Assembly: GCA_963792415.1 (NCBI GenBank)
Contig: CAWBVY010000001.1
Location: forward strand, 343,900 to 407,899
Length of the DNA: 64,000 nucleotides
Source: Candidatus Deferrimicrobiaceae bacterium
GTDB lineage: Bacteria; Desulfobacterota; Deferrimicrobia; Deferrimicrobiales; Deferrimicrobiaceae
Reading direction: 5' to 3'
Positions within the stretch are counted from its first letter, which is position 1. Each line of letters starts with the position of its first letter. The translations under genes and the position numbers were made by a program. Shown here piece by piece: positions 1-11,240 of this stretch. The notes under the pieces are model-generated. The model made no database searches. It saw nothing but the letters and a program-made list of their open reading frames with translations, and was not told the DNA's origin.

Positions 1-1
1 T

Positions 2-322
2 TCATCTTTCCCCCCTCCACTTGGCAACATCCGCCAAAAAGTCGCTCACCAACCGGTCAAGGGAGGTAAACCGATAAGGTTCCTCCCTATTCCCGTCGTG
101 CCGATGATCGCCCCGCCGTTCCGCGTTATCGTAGCCGATGACGCGCCTCCCCTCTGCAATGTAAACCAGGGAGTACCTGTACCCGTGAGGTTTATCGGGA
201 GACGCCGGCACGCCCCACAACTTCACCTCGATCAACCCGCCGTCGGCGAATCGCAACCGCGTGTGGCGGATCAGGACGGCTTTTATAGGGGTGATATTAT
301 CACCCCCTTCCGAAATTTTCAT
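2..322 (-). CDS. DUF6516/TumE-like toxin-family small protein (true start probably near 286)
   Basis: KAVLIRHTR...IEVKLWGVP...HGYRYSLVY...GYDNAERRGDHRH motif; its stop overlaps an ATGA of a partner gene that leaves the window. Confidence 0.7.
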   Translation of the reverse strand: MKISEGGDNITPIKAVLIRHTRLRFADGGLIEVKLWGVPASPDKPHGYRYSLVYIAEGRRVIGYDNAERRGDHRHDGNREEPYRFTSLDRLVSDFLADVAKWRGER

Positions 323-385
323 CCCCAAGTCCTTTTCGGTGACCTTGGAATATCGACCTCCAATACCACCCGTTTTCCCCGGATC

Positions 386-1099
386 GACAGGATCCGGTCT
401 CCCACTCGTTCCATCGGTACGGTCATCGATCTGTTCTCCCCGGGGAATTGGTTTCCATCCGGAGGAACGCATCTACCGTGCCGCCGGGGCCGGAAATGCG
501 AACGCCCCCGGTCAATACCCGATCCGCCGCCTCGGCTTTACCGGCGGTTCCATCAGCGCACGGATGGCGTCGAAGATCCCAGTGATACGAACATCATGCG
601 CGGCATACTTCTTTTCGAGCGCATCCAATCGCCTGGCGAGTTCCCGGTCCGAAACATCGCCTCACGCATCCGGACGAACGCCCGCATAATGGCAACGTTG
701 ACCTTTACCGCGCGGGGACTATTGAGAACCCCTGAGAGCATCGCAACTCCTTGTTCTGTGAAGGCCAGCGGGAGGGATCGGCGTCGTCCGCCCCAGCCGT
801 TTGAAATCACAATCTGTGATTTCAAGTATGCCCCCTCCTCGGCCGTCAATCGGAACATGAAATCGCCGGGGAACCGCTCCGCGTTCCTCTTCACGGCCTG
901 ATTGAGCGCCCCTGTCGTCACATCGTAAAGCACCGCCAGGTCGGCGTCCAACATCACCCGATGTCCCGCGGATGGTCAGGATCCGGTTGCCACTCGTTCC
1001 ATCGGTACGGTCATCGGTCTGTTCTCCCCGTCGAAATGAATCCCGTCCGGAGGAGAGCATGTACCGTGCCGCCAGGGCCGGAAATGCGAACGCCCCCGG
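386..1099. repeat. ~125 bp direct repeat (386-510 and 977-1099) containing the upstream region, RBS and start of the ORF6N gene
   Basis: Both copies share caggatccggt..ccactcgttccatcggtacggtcatcg.tctgttctcccc...gggccggaaatgcgaacgcccccgg; on the minus strand both begin MTVPMERV. Confidence 0.85.
553..1014 (-). CDS. ORF6N-domain (KilA-N-like) DNA-binding protein, frameshifted
   Basis: [38 protein letters not shown]...[31 protein letters not shown]; the N-terminus [15 protein letters not shown] lies in another frame. Confidence 0.85.
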
Positions 1100-1111
1100 A
1101 AGGGGGCGTTC
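1088..1111 (-). terminator. Hairpin terminator downstream of the UDP-GlcA decarboxylase gene
   Basis: gaacgccccc-ggaa-gggggcgttc, a perfect 10-bp stem. Confidence 0.55.
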
Positions 1112-1143
1112 CTGCATGACGAGCGCGGGTCGACCGGGAGGGG

Positions 1144-2088
1144 TTACCCCGGAAGAACCCCCGGATGCGACCGGAAATATTCGATCGTGCGGACGAGACC
1201 GTCGCGCAGCGGGATCGTCGGCTCCCAGCGAAGCTTCGCCTTCGCCAGGGTGATGTCCGGGCAGCGGCGGACCGGGTCATCCTGCGGGAGCGGCTGGAAA
1301 ACGATCTCCGATTTCGAGCCGGTGAGCTCCTTGACCAGCGTTGCCAGCTGGAGGATCGTGAACTCCCCGGGGTTCCCCAGGTTCACCGGCCCGATCAGCT
1401 CGTCCTGGTCCATCATCGCGATCATCCCGGTGACGAGGTCGTCCACGTAGCAGAAGGAGCGCGTCTGGCTCCCCGTTCCGAACAGCGTGATCGGCTTCCC
1501 CTTCAGCGCCTGGACGATGAAGTTCGACACCACGCGGCCGTCGTTGGGGTGCATCCGCGGGCCGTACGTGTTGAAGATCCGGATCACGCGGATCTGCAGT
1601 TTGTGCTGGCGATGATAGTCGAAGAAGAGCGTCTCCGCGCACCGCTTCGCTTCGTCGTAGCAGGCCCGCGGGCCGATCGGGTTCACGTTCCCCCAGTACG
1701 ACTCCGTCTGCGGGTGCTGCGCCGGGTCGCCGTACACCTCGGAGGTGGAGGATTGGAGGATGCGCACCTTGAGGCGCTTGGCGAGCCCGAGCATGTTGAT
1801 CGAGCCGTGCACGCAGGTCTTCGTCGTCTGCACCGGGTCGAACTGGTAATGGACGGGGGAGGCGGGGCAGGCGAGGTTGTAGATCTGGTCCACCTCGACG
1901 TAGAGCGGCCAGGTGATGTCGTGGCGCAGGAACTCGAACTGCGGGTTGCCGACGAGGTGGGCGATGTTCTGCCGGCGGGAGGTGAAGAAGTTGTCGACGC
2001 ACAGGACCTCGTCCCCCCGCGCCAGCAGCCGCTCGCACAGGTGCGATCCGATGAACCCGGCGCCGCCGGTGACCAGTACCCGTTTCAT
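1144..2088 (-). CDS. UDP-glucuronic acid decarboxylase (UDP-xylose synthase-like SDR)
   Basis: [45 protein letters not shown] motifs; intact 314 aa. Confidence 0.92.
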   Translation of the reverse strand: MKRVLVTGGAGFIGSHLCERLLARGDEVLCVDNFFTSRRQNIAHLVGNPQFEFLRHDITWPLYVEVDQIYNLACPASPVHYQFDPVQTTKTCVHGSINMLGLAKRLKVRILQSSTSEVYGDPAQHPQTESYWGNVNPIGPRACYDEAKRCAETLFFDYHRQHKLQIRVIRIFNTYGPRMHPNDGRVVSNFIVQALKGKPITLFGTGSQTRSFCYVDDLVTGMIAMMDQDELIGPVNLGNPGEFTILQLATLVKELTGSKSEIVFQPLPQDDPVRRCPDITLAKAKLRWEPTIPLRDGLVRTIEYFRSHPGVLPG

Positions 2089-2157
2089 CGCTCCCCTCCC
2101 CGGTTCAGTGGTATTTCAGTATGCACCAGATGGCGCGAAGTTCCCGTCAAGGAGGCG

Positions 2158-2367
2158 TCAGGGGTCGAGATATCCCTTTTTTATATACTTCTCTCTCAGC
2201 GCCTCATTCCACGAGTATTTTTTCAGATTTTCCGTCTGCAATATGATTTCATCGGTGGTTGGATCCTGGTACACGGCGGCCTTGAGCACGAATCGCGGAT
2301 CTCTATAGATATGATGATCCATAAGATAGGGGTATCTTGGATCGACCCTGTCCTTTGGATGCCCCAA
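2158..2367 (-). CDS. Hypothetical protein fragment in low-GC DNA
   Basis: 69-aa ORF with no motif I recognise. Confidence 0.25.
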   Translation of the reverse strand: MGHPKDRVDPRYPYLMDHHIYRDPRFVLKAAVYQDPTTDEIILQTENLKKYSWNEALREKYIKKGYLDP

Positions 2368-3082
2368 AGGATGGCCTAAATATCTGCCAATATTGAATAT
2401 TGGAAATGACTTGTAGGGATGCGGGAAATGGATGCCAGCGGCTGCATATGCTGCTATTGCAAGCTGTTGACATGAAAATTGATTCTGTTTATGAAACTAT
2501 GTTAGGCAGACCAAATGCGTATGGCAACATTTTATATCTCCATCTTGACTGATCAAATTCTGAACCTACCTTTGATTTTGCAAAATCAACGATTATTTTC
2601 TTTGTTCCTCATCAATCCCTTCAAATTTCAAGTATTTCCATTCTGCGTCTCACTTCGGGATTTTCATTGGTAAATTTTCTTGGAGTTATATGCTGAATAT
2701 GAACACCTTTCTCTATAGTTGAATGAATAATCCAATTGTTGATTCTTTTGTGATTTTTTCTCTTTCTACTAATATAATATATTCCTACATGCCAAGTAGT
2801 CAAATCATCCCTGTCAAATCCAAGCCATGGTCTCCATCCAGGATATCCTCCCAAATTCCTCTTCTCAAATATTTGCTTCTACATTATCCTTTGTCGGTTT
2901 TATTATGATAACTAGTTATAAAAAATATAATATCTCCAGGTTCGGCAACAGGATAGGAACATTACAAATTTGAATAATATTTCGTTTATTTTTCTTTGTT
3001 TACTTAAGTTATTGCTCATATTAGACACGATCCCCATATCCTTTTAAAAAATTAGCAATTCAACCTTGAAGAATAGGGTCTA

Positions 3083-3489
3083 AGCGCAAAGCTTCCCTTC
3101 GTCGTAGCAGGCCCGCAGACCGATCGGGTTCACGTTCCCCCAGTACGACTCCGTCTGCGGGTGCTGGGCCGGATCGCCGTACACCACGGATGTGGAGAAT
3201 TGGAGGATGCGCACTCGAGGCCTTGGAGCCCGAGCATGTTGATGGAGCCGTGCACGCAGGTCTTCGTCGTCTGCACCGGGTCGAACTGGTAATGGACGGG
3301 GGAGGCGGGACACGCGAGGTTGTAGATCCGGTCGACCTCGACGTAGAGTGGCCAGGTGATGTCGTGGCGCATGAACTCGAACAGGGGGTTGCCGACCAGG
3401 TGGGCGATGTTCTGCCGGCGGGAGGTGAAGAAGTTGTCGACGCACAGGACCTCGTCCCCCCGCGCCAGCAGCCGCTCGCACAGGTGCGT
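3083..3489 (-). pseudogene. Truncated second copy of the UDP-GlcA decarboxylase gene
   Basis: Near-identical DNA to ~1650-2045 (HLCERLL...YDEGK); lacks the start and the C-terminal half and has small internal deletions. Confidence 0.85.
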
Positions 3490-3601
3490 GAGGATGATCC
3501 AACGAGGTGTGTGTCCTTGGTGGTCAGGCGGTCACTCTTAATTTATCCCAGGCAAGTCGTGGTGGCGGAGGATGTTTTATATCAAGTTCCAATAATTAGT
3601 T

Positions 3602-3928
3602 GAGCAGTTCCGTCCCACCCTACCGAGGGATTTCATAAAATCGTTTAAGATTCTTTTATCCATCAACTCGAACAATCAAAACGGTACCAATTCAACAATT
3701 ATGGCACCGTCATCTATCGGCCCCAATATTTTTTTAGAGCAGCTCCGTCCCGCCTTGGCGGGATTACATAAATTTTTCAACGAAAAATTTATTCAGTCTT
3801 GAACCTTGAACCTTGTACCTTGAACCCTGAAGCTTTTACCTTTCACCTTTGAGCTTCCCAGCTTCCAGGCTTAGTTTTTTAGAGCAGCTCCGCTGCGTTT
3901 CATAAATTTTTCCCGGGAAAAATTTATT
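3602..3928 (+). repeat. Family F double-hairpin repeat, three copies (3602-3658 degenerate, 3731-3793, 3875-3928)
   Basis: Consensus tttttAGAGCagctccGCTGCGTTTCATAAATTTTTc-n4-GAAAAATTTATT; further copies at 14517-14570, 14797-14849 and, reversed, 54368-54421 and 61850-61899. Confidence 0.75.
3798..3866 (+). repeat. Degenerate 7-8 nt tandem repeats (cttgaac / ctttcac / agcttcc)
   Basis: cttgaaccttgaaccttgtaccttgaaccc...ttttacctttcacctttgagcttcccagcttcc. Confidence 0.7.
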
Positions 3929-5592
3929 GGCACAACCCACCCTCCAACTCGACGACCTCCAGAACCTGTTTGACAACCAGGCCGGCCAACCGGAAAGCCA
4001 GCTCGACATCGGCTATTATGTCAACCTGGTGCTGCGCCGGCGCTGGTTTGTCATCATTCCCCTCTGTTTGGCCCTGATCGCAGGGATTTACCTGGCCGTT
4101 GCGCTGCCCAAGAAATATCAGGCCGAAACCCTGATTTTGATCGAACCCCAGAGAGTGCCGGACAATTACGTGCAGGCCATCGTATCGAGCGATCTCGAAG
4201 CGCGCATCGCCACCCTCAAGGAAATGATCTTGAGCCGGACCAACCTGTTCAAGATTATAGAAGATTTCAACCTGCTCAGCGATCCCAAGTATGCCGACAT
4301 GTTCCTGGATGAGAAGATCCAAGTCATGCGCAAACGCACGACGGTGGATATTGTCAGCGATAGACGAAATCGCACCGCCAATGCCTTTAAGATAACCTTT
4401 GAAGGTGAAGAACCCCGTAAGGTGATGCAGGTGGTCAACGCCATGGCCACGCTTGTCATCGATCAAAACCTGAAGGTGCGCGAATCACAGGCTATCGGCA
4501 CCGTCGAGTTTCTCGAAAATGAACGGGTCAAAATGCGCCGCAGGCTCGAGGAAGTCGAAGCCGCGCTCAAGGATTTCCGCGAGACCCACATGGGAGAGTT
4601 GCCGGATCAGCTGGCCGGCAACCTGATGGTACTTGAACGCGTGCAGCAGCAGTTGAGTGACAGACAAAAGAGCCTGCGCGACGAAAAATACAGGCTGATC
4701 TCCTTAAATAACCAGCTTAAGCTTGTCCGGGAGCAGGCCGCTATGACGGAGGTGGCTACTCCAATACCCGAAATCGGTGAGCCCACCACCCTCGAAGGTC
4801 TGAAACAGCAGCTGGCGGACTACAGAATCCGCTACACGCCGCAGCACCCGGATGTGATCAGGCTCCAAAGGAAAATAGAAGAGCTGGAAAAGCAAAGCCC
4901 GACGCCTTCCACTGATTCCACTGACGCCGGTTTGACGCGCGTGGCTGGCGGCGTCGGCTTCCCGGGGGTGAGAAGGAGCGTCGAAGCCGATTTGATCGCG
5001 CAGCGTAACAATGCCGCCAGGGAGATTGCCGCCATCAAGGAAGAAATCTCAGCCTTGCACGAGCAAATCACTTTCTACCAAGGGCGCATCGAAAATACAC
5101 CCAAGCTGGAACAAGAGCTCTTGTCCCTCAACCGCGATTACGACAATACCCAGAAAACATATGAATCACTGTTGACCCGCAAACAGGAAGCCGAGGTAGC
5201 CGCCAACATGGAGCGCCAGCAGAAGGGCGAACAGTTTCGCATTCTGGATCCCGCCCGCCTGCCCGACAAACCCCAAGTCGCCCGACATGCGCAAGCTGTT
5301 TTTAATGTGCGTCATGGCCGGACTGGGATTAGGCGGCGGCCTCATCTTTTTGCTGGAGTTTCTCGACAAATCCGTGAAGAAACTCGAGAGCGTTCCTGCT
5401 AAATTGGGGATCCCCATTTTGGTCGCTATACCATCAATCAGACGTCCTAAGGATATCATCAAACGCCGCATCAACGATGGCCTCAGCGTCCTCGCGGCAA
5501 TGATTTGCATGGCCCTCCTGGTCCTTTTCGCCGCCGTCTCCGTCCTCGGCATGCCCGGACCGACAGAGTTTGTAAAAAGTTTAATAACGTGA
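3927..5592 (+). CDS. Polysaccharide chain-length determinant (Wzz/GumC, N-terminal half of a split Wzc), one frameshift near 5275
   Basis: N-terminal TM, YQAETLILIEPQRVP, coiled coil, YTPQHPDV, QKGEQFRILDPARLP; the C-terminal TMs are in the 5287-5592 frame. Confidence 0.88.
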
Positions 5593-5655
5593 TTTGTATG
5601 TTGTCGGTTGTTGGTGGTATGTAGTTAGTTGCAGAAATAGAACTAATCGAATTTA

Positions 5656-6005
5656 TTTTACCACAGAGGCACAGAGTACGCAGAGATTTTTCCTTTTTTT
5701 CATTGTCGGTGATCCCAGTACCATCTAATAGAGCTACGGGACAAGGAGGCCGACAATGAAAAACCAATCTACAATTTCTATGAAATTAAGTGCCGGATTT
5801 TATTTATAGGCTGCAAAGCATATTCCACTGGGATCAAAGGATATGCCCCCCTTTAGGCAATAAAACACAATCTGTCGTAATCCCGGCGTCTATAGGAAAA
5901 ATTTAAAATTGAAGCGGATATCTTTATGTTTGCCGCCCTATCAACGGCAAACATAAAACAAGTACCCTCTTCTTCCTCCGTGCCTCGAGCGCAGCGGGTG
6001 GTGAA
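5656..6005. repeat. Family A element: left arm + hairpin A ... hairpin B + right arm
   Basis: taccacagaggcacagagtacgcagaga (5660-5686); ttttcattgtcgg...ccgacaatgaaaa; tttatgtttgccg..cggcaaacataaa; ctccgtgcctcgagcgcagcgggtggtgaa. Confidence 0.8.
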
Positions 6006-6020
6006 AACCTAAAGAAAGAT

Positions 6021-6222
6021 CTCACCACAGAGACACCGAGGACACAGCGAATTTTATTTTTCACCAAATCGGGAGACGACGATTTGATGAAACTTCTGTC
6101 CACAAATATCCAAATTTCACCCCAGAAGGTGAGCGGTTTTCATTGAGCGATGTCTCCTGCTCAATGAAAAAAATCTTAAACTCTCAGTGCTCTCTGTGCC
6201 TCAAGCGCAGCGGGTGGTGAAA
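6021..6222. repeat. Family A element
   Basis: ctcaccacagagacaccgaggacacag; hairpin loops gggagacgac and gatgtctcct (near reverse complements); ctctgtgcctcaagcgcagcgggtggtgaaa. Confidence 0.8.
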
Positions 6223-6260
6223 CCCTATTGATCCCCAACCTCCATTTGCGCAGCAAATAA

Positions 6261-7412
6261 ATGTCCAAAATCGTTAAAGCCCTCGAAAAGTATAAAAAAG
6301 AACACAACCTGACTTCGTCCCAGGTTTTCAATCTCGATCATGCGAAACCGCCTGAATCTGCACTGGATTCCGATGAAGACCAGTATATTCAGGAAAACGT
6401 CGATGCCGATGCGGCAAAAGAGTCGACGCAGCCGTATCCACAGCAAGAAGAAAGAATCGCTGTGCAAGTTGTTGATTCTCGCGAGGCATCGCAGCCGCAG
6501 GCTGATAGGCCTTTAAGTGAGCCGGCGAACATCGCGCCGAAACGAAGCCCCCATTTTGTTTTGGCCGATAAACAACCTGCAAAAACAGCATCCACAGAAA
6601 TCGAAAACAAAGGGAGGGTACCTCTCCTCGGTGACGAAAAGGCCAACCCGGCAACGCAACCACCAGAACTCACTTCGGCTGCCCCATCGGAGCCGACCTG
6701 CGCTTGCATGCCGTCAAATCGGTTCGCCCCGGACCTCATATCGATTGTCAATCCTCGCTGTGTCGAAGCGGAAATATTCAAGGTGCTGAGGGGTAAGATC
6801 CTTTTCCCGACTTCCGGCAAACCGCCGCGGTCCATAATGGTCACCAGCACGGTCCCGGGCGAGGGGAAATCCTTCGTTGCCGCTAATCTCGCCGTGAACA
6901 TGGCCCACAACATCGAAAAACACGTCCTGCTGGTAGACTGCGACATCCGCAGGCCGACCATTCACAAACTCTTTGGGATCGGCATGGTCAAGGGGCTGAG
7001 CGAGCACCTGTCGAATGGCAACAAGCTTCCCTCCTTGCTTCTCAAAACCGGAGTCGATAAGTTGACCATTCTGCCCAGCGGAACACCGCCCGCCAATCCA
7101 TCGGAACTCTTGTCCTCCGATAAAATGGCCGCCCTCATTGAGGAGCTCAAATCCCGCTATGATGACCGTTTTTTGATTATCGATTCCCCCCCGCCCATGC
7201 TGGGTCCGGAAACCACTGCCATCGCCAAGCAGGTCGACGGCATCATCGTGGTGATCAAGTTCGGCAGCACCCCGATGGATGCGGTCGAAGAGCTGATCGA
7301 CAACCTGGGCAAAGAAAAGATCATCGGCGCGGTCATCAACCGCTTCGATGGCCGCACCTCCAGATACTACGGCTACAAGAAATACGGGAAATATTACCGC
7401 AGCAAACCGTAG
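6261..7412 (+). CDS. Polysaccharide biosynthesis protein-tyrosine kinase (CpsD/CapB-like)
   Basis: Walker A GEGKS, LLVDCDIRRP, IIDSPP, Tyr-rich tail YYGYKKYGKYY. Confidence 0.92.
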   Translation: MSKIVKALEKYKKEHNLTSSQVFNLDHAKPPESALDSDEDQYIQENVDADAAKESTQPYPQQEERIAVQVVDSREASQPQADRPLSEPANIAPKRSPHFVLADKQPAKTASTEIENKGRVPLLGDEKANPATQPPELTSAAPSEPTCACMPSNRFAPDLISIVNPRCVEAEIFKVLRGKILFPTSGKPPRSIMVTSTVPGEGKSFVAANLAVNMAHNIEKHVLLVDCDIRRPTIHKLFGIGMVKGLSEHLSNGNKLPSLLLKTGVDKLTILPSGTPPANPSELLSSDKMAALIEELKSRYDDRFLIIDSPPPMLGPETTAIAKQVDGIIVVIKFGSTPMDAVEELIDNLGKEKIIGAVINRFDGRTSRYYGYKKYGKYYRSKP

Positions 7413-7469
7413 GTTTGTGTTTGTTGCGGGTTGTGTGTTGATTCAAGAGAAGTAAGCAGAGCAGCTGAA

Positions 7470-7982
7470 GGAATGGATTCGATTTGATGCTGAAAAGAAT
7501 TAGACAGGATAATCAGGATAAACATAAATATTCCTGGCTTTCCAGATGAAAGCCAGGAAGGCACTATCCGCCGCTTCACTCAATGATATTTTGATCTTTC
7601 GCCGAAGGCGATTGAGTTTTGCCTGTTTCATCCGGAAACAGGCAAAGCTAATAATTCAACAGATCCTGTAAATCCCGTCCAATAAAAAATCTTAAAATCG
7701 AATCCATTCCACTAAAATAAGAACTGGACAGGATAGACAAGATTGTCAGGTTAAATTTCCGGTTTCCAGCCTGCCCGCTGTGTCCTTTTTGGACTTCGGG
7801 AAGAAACCGAAAAACCAACACCCGCTTTCAGCGACAATAATATTTTTCGTATAACTGAAATGGTAGCCCTTCTCCGAAGGCGATTGAATTTTATAACTTT
7901 CTTCAGGAAAGTTATAAACAAAAAAATCCAAAAAATCCTGTAAATCCTGTCCAATAAAAAAACTTAAGATCGAATCCATTCC
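7470..7982. repeat. Family B elements, two units (7470-7710 and 7725-7982)
   Basis: Perfect 16-bp IR ggaatggattcgattt / aaatcgaatccattcc; gacaggat..caggat left arms; aatcctgtaaatcctgtccaa right arms; inner hairpins with complementary loops ttccagatgaaa / tttcatccggaa. Confidence 0.8.
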
Positions 7983-7996
7983 TCCAAGAGAAAAAT

Positions 7997-9134
7997 ATGC
8001 AAATCCCTTTCTTAGATCTCAAAGCCCAATACAAACAAATCGAGTCTGAAGTCGTCCCCGCCGTCACCGAAGCCATGGCCACCGGTATGTTCATCGGCGG
8101 CCCCCAGGTGTCCGGCTTCGAAGACGAATTCGCCCAATTTTGCGACAGCAAATACTGCATCGGCGTCGGTTCCGGCACTGACGCCCTCCGCTTCGCCCTC
8201 ATGGCGGCCGGCATCGGCCCGGGCGACGCGGTCATCACGGTCCCCAACACCTTCATCGCCACCACCGAAGCCATATCCCAGGTCGGCGCCACCCCGATCT
8301 TCGTCGACGTCGACCCCAAAACCTACACCATGGACCCCCAAAAACTAGCCGATTTACTGAAAAACAATCATAACAACAATCAAACCCACAACAATCCAAA
8401 TCGCCAAAGGCGTTATCCCCGTCCACCTCTACGGCCAGCCGGCCGACATGGACCCGATCCTCGACATTGCCCGGCAATACGACCTTGTCGTCATCGAAGA
8501 CGCCTGCCAGGCACACGGCGCCTCGTATAAAAACAGGAAGGCCGGATCACTGAGCACGGCCGGCTGCTTCAGCTTCTACCCCGGAAAGAATCTCGGCGCC
8601 TTCGGCGAAGCCGGGGCCGTCGTGACCCAGGATGAAGAGATGGCACAGAAGATGCGCATGATCCGGGATCACGGGCAGGCGCAGAAATATTTTCACGACC
8701 TCGAAGGCTACAACGGCCGCCTCGATGCGATCCAGGCCGCGGTGCTCCGCATCAAGCTGAAGCGGTTGCAGGGCTGGAACCGATCCCGCCGGAAAAATGC
8801 GGCCCTTTACACCGAACTCTTGCAGGACGTTCCCGGCATTACGCTGCCCGTGGAAGCCGAGTTCGCCGAATCGGTCTATCATCTCTACGTGATCCTTGCA
8901 GACAACCGCGATGGGCTTCAGAAGTTCCTTTCAGAAAAAGGCATCGCCACCGGCCTGCACTACCCGCTGCCGCTCCATCTGCAGAAAGCCTACGCTCACC
9001 TCGGCTATAAAAAAGGCGACTTCCCGGTCGCCGAGCACGCCGCCGAACGCCTCCTCTCGCTCCCCATGTACCCTGAGCTGACAGCAGAGCAGATCGATTA
9101 CGTCTGTTCATCTATCAGAGAATATTTTAAATAG
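7997..9134 (+). CDS. DegT/DnrJ/EryC1/StrS aminotransferase (WbpE/FdtB-like), frameshift near 8400
   Basis: GSGTDAL, VIEDACQAHG, FSFYPGKNLGAFGEAG, GYNGRLD, LSLPMYPEL. Confidence 0.92.
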
Positions 9135-9137
9135 TAA

Positions 9138-9410
9138 TTCACCACAGAGGCACAGAGAGCACAGAGAATACTTTTTTCTTTTCCTTTGCCGGTAGACAGC
9201 GGCAAAGGAAAACCAATCTGCACTTTCTACGAAATGAATTGCTGGATTGTATTCATAGGCTGCAAAGCATATTCCACTCGGATCAGCGAAAAAATAGATA
9301 ACCGTAAAGCCTGCCGCAGGCATGAGTTTATTTCATTTGCCGGTATCTCCCGGCAAATGAATGAACTAGACTCTCAGTGATCTCTGTGCCTCGAGCGAAG
9401 CGGGCGGTAA
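9138..9410. repeat. Family A element starting a few nt after the aminotransferase stop codon
   Basis: ttcaccacagaggcacagagagcacagaga ... ctctcagtgatctctgtgcctcgagcgaagcgggcggtaa, with two inner hairpins. Confidence 0.85.
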
Positions 9411-9430
9411 AAACCAAATAATAGATACTA

Positions 9431-9824
9431 ACCACAGAGACACAGGGAACACAGAGATATTTATTTTCTTTTCCTTTGCCGGTGCTTGCATCCCGTCTTG
9501 GCGGGGAAGACGACGGCAAAGGAAACCCAATCTGCCATCTGAGCAGGATTGCTTTACCTTCTTGAGTCTTTTGAACCTAATATAGAGGTGGCTATAAAAT
9601 ACATTGGAGTTAAGTGTTCCATATTTGGAAAAACTTCTGAACCTTACTCCCACAGGGATGAGTCCTTTTGTTCAATCGTCGCCAGCCCGCCATCGCTCCC
9701 TCGCTCAGGCGAGGCGGGCGGGTCTCCCGATTGAACAAAAAATAAAAAATCTCTCAGTGTCCTCAGTGTCTCTGTGGTAAAAAACATCATTAAACTCTCT
9801 TCGCACTTTGCGTCTCAGCAGTGA
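9431..9824. repeat. Family A element with micro-insertions in both hairpins and an extra right arm
   Basis: accacagagacacagggaacacagaga ... ctctcagtgtcctcagtgtctctgtggtaa, then aaaaacatcattaaa and a second degenerate arm. Confidence 0.8.
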
Positions 9825-9843
9825 ATGAATTAAAGGAGGAAAG

Positions 9844-10855
9844 ATGATTAAAATAGGGCTTATAGGATACGGCTATTGGGGACCGAACTTGGCCCGCAAC
9901 TTCCACTTCAACAACGACCTCGAGCTCATCGCCATCTGTGATTTTTCAAGCGATCGCCTGAAAGCCTCGTGCAAGCTCTACCCCCAAGTAGACTGCTATG
10001 ACAACGTCGACGATTTTTTCGCCAACACCGACATGGACGCCGTGGCCATCGCCACTCCGGTCGGCACCCACTTTGAGCTGGCCAAGCGGGCCATCGAGAG
10101 CGGTCGGCACCTGTGGCTGGAAAAGCCGATGACCGAAACGGTCGAGCAGGGCAGGGCAGCTGATCAAGCTGGCCAAAAAGAAAAAAAAGGTTCTCCTCGT
10201 CGACCACACCTTCGTCTACACCGGGGCGGTCCGCAAGATCAAAGACCTGATCCGCAAGGGCGAGCTGGGGCATATCATCTATTACGACTCGACCCGCATC
10301 AACCTGGGACTTTTCCAGCAGGACATCAACGTCATCTGGGACTTGGCGCCGCATGACATCTCTATCATGGACTTTCTGATGCCCTTCGAAAAGGTGGCCG
10401 TTTCGGCTACCGGCAGCCACTATTACGGCAACGGCATTGTGCCTAAATCGCTTTTGACCATCTATATGGCCGCCGATATCGTCGCCCACATCAACGTGAG
10501 CTGGGTCTCACCGGTCAAGATCCGCCAGACCCTGATCGGCGGCAGCCTGAAGATGATTCTCTACGACGACACACACCCCAGCGAAAAGGTCAAGATCTAC
10601 GACTCGGGCGTGGACCTCGACTTTACCAAGGAGGAACTCTACCACATGAAGGTCCAGTACCGGGTCGGGGACATGTACGCCCCCAAGCTGGAAGGCCACG
10701 AGGCCCTGGCTCTCGAAACCGAACATTTCGTCGACTGTCTGATCAACGGCACCGAGCCCTTGACCGGCGGCCGCGAAGGCCTCCAAATAGTAAAAATCCT
10801 CACCGCTGCCGAGCAGTCCCTAAAAAACAAAGGCACTCCCGTCGAATTGGTGTAG
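9844..10855 (+). CDS. Gfo/Idh/MocA oxidoreductase (sugar 3-dehydrogenase, WbpB-like), frameshift near 10150
   Basis: IGYGYWGPN, EKPM, VIWDLAPHD, SWVSPVKIR. Confidence 0.9.
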
Positions 10856-10878
10856 GATTCACCGCAGAAAGAACAAAT

Positions 10879-11232
10879 TTCACCACAGAGGCACAGAGGG
10901 CACAGAGATATTTCCTTTTTTTCATTGTCGGTGTGAGAGGCCGACAAGCAAAAGACAACTCACTGCAATAAATACTGAATATTGTAGATCTGCGTTTATT
11001 ACTGGATTATAGTACATAGGGTATGAAAACAACTGATTGTAAGGGTCGCAAATGAACTCCCTGTGACTCATGAGTGGAAAAACATAACTTCTTCGTCTCC
11101 GTGCCTCAGCGACGGATCTTCATTTGCCGGTCCTCTCACGGCAAATGAATATAATCAAATTCTCAGTGATCTCAGTGCCTCTGTGGTTAAAAACATCATT
11201 AAAGCTTGCGCTCTCTGTGCCTCTGTGGTGAA
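10879..11232. repeat. Family A element plus an extra right arm directly upstream of GxxExxY
   Basis: ttcaccacagaggcacagagggcacagaga; loops gtgagaggcc / gtcctctcac; tctcagtgatctcagtgcctctgtggtt; ctctctgtgcctctgtggtgaa. Confidence 0.85.
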
Positions 11233-11240
11233 TAATATTA

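Noticed and set aside
98-2379. Long plus-strand ORFs 98-901 and 1165-2379 (and similar antisense ORFs such as 38641-40047)
   Set aside because: Shadow frames of GC-rich real genes on the opposite strand
9108-9734. Short ORFs with LCSLCLCG / SVSSVSLW-type peptides as Cys-rich RiPP precursors
   Set aside because: They are translations of the family A arms, not genes
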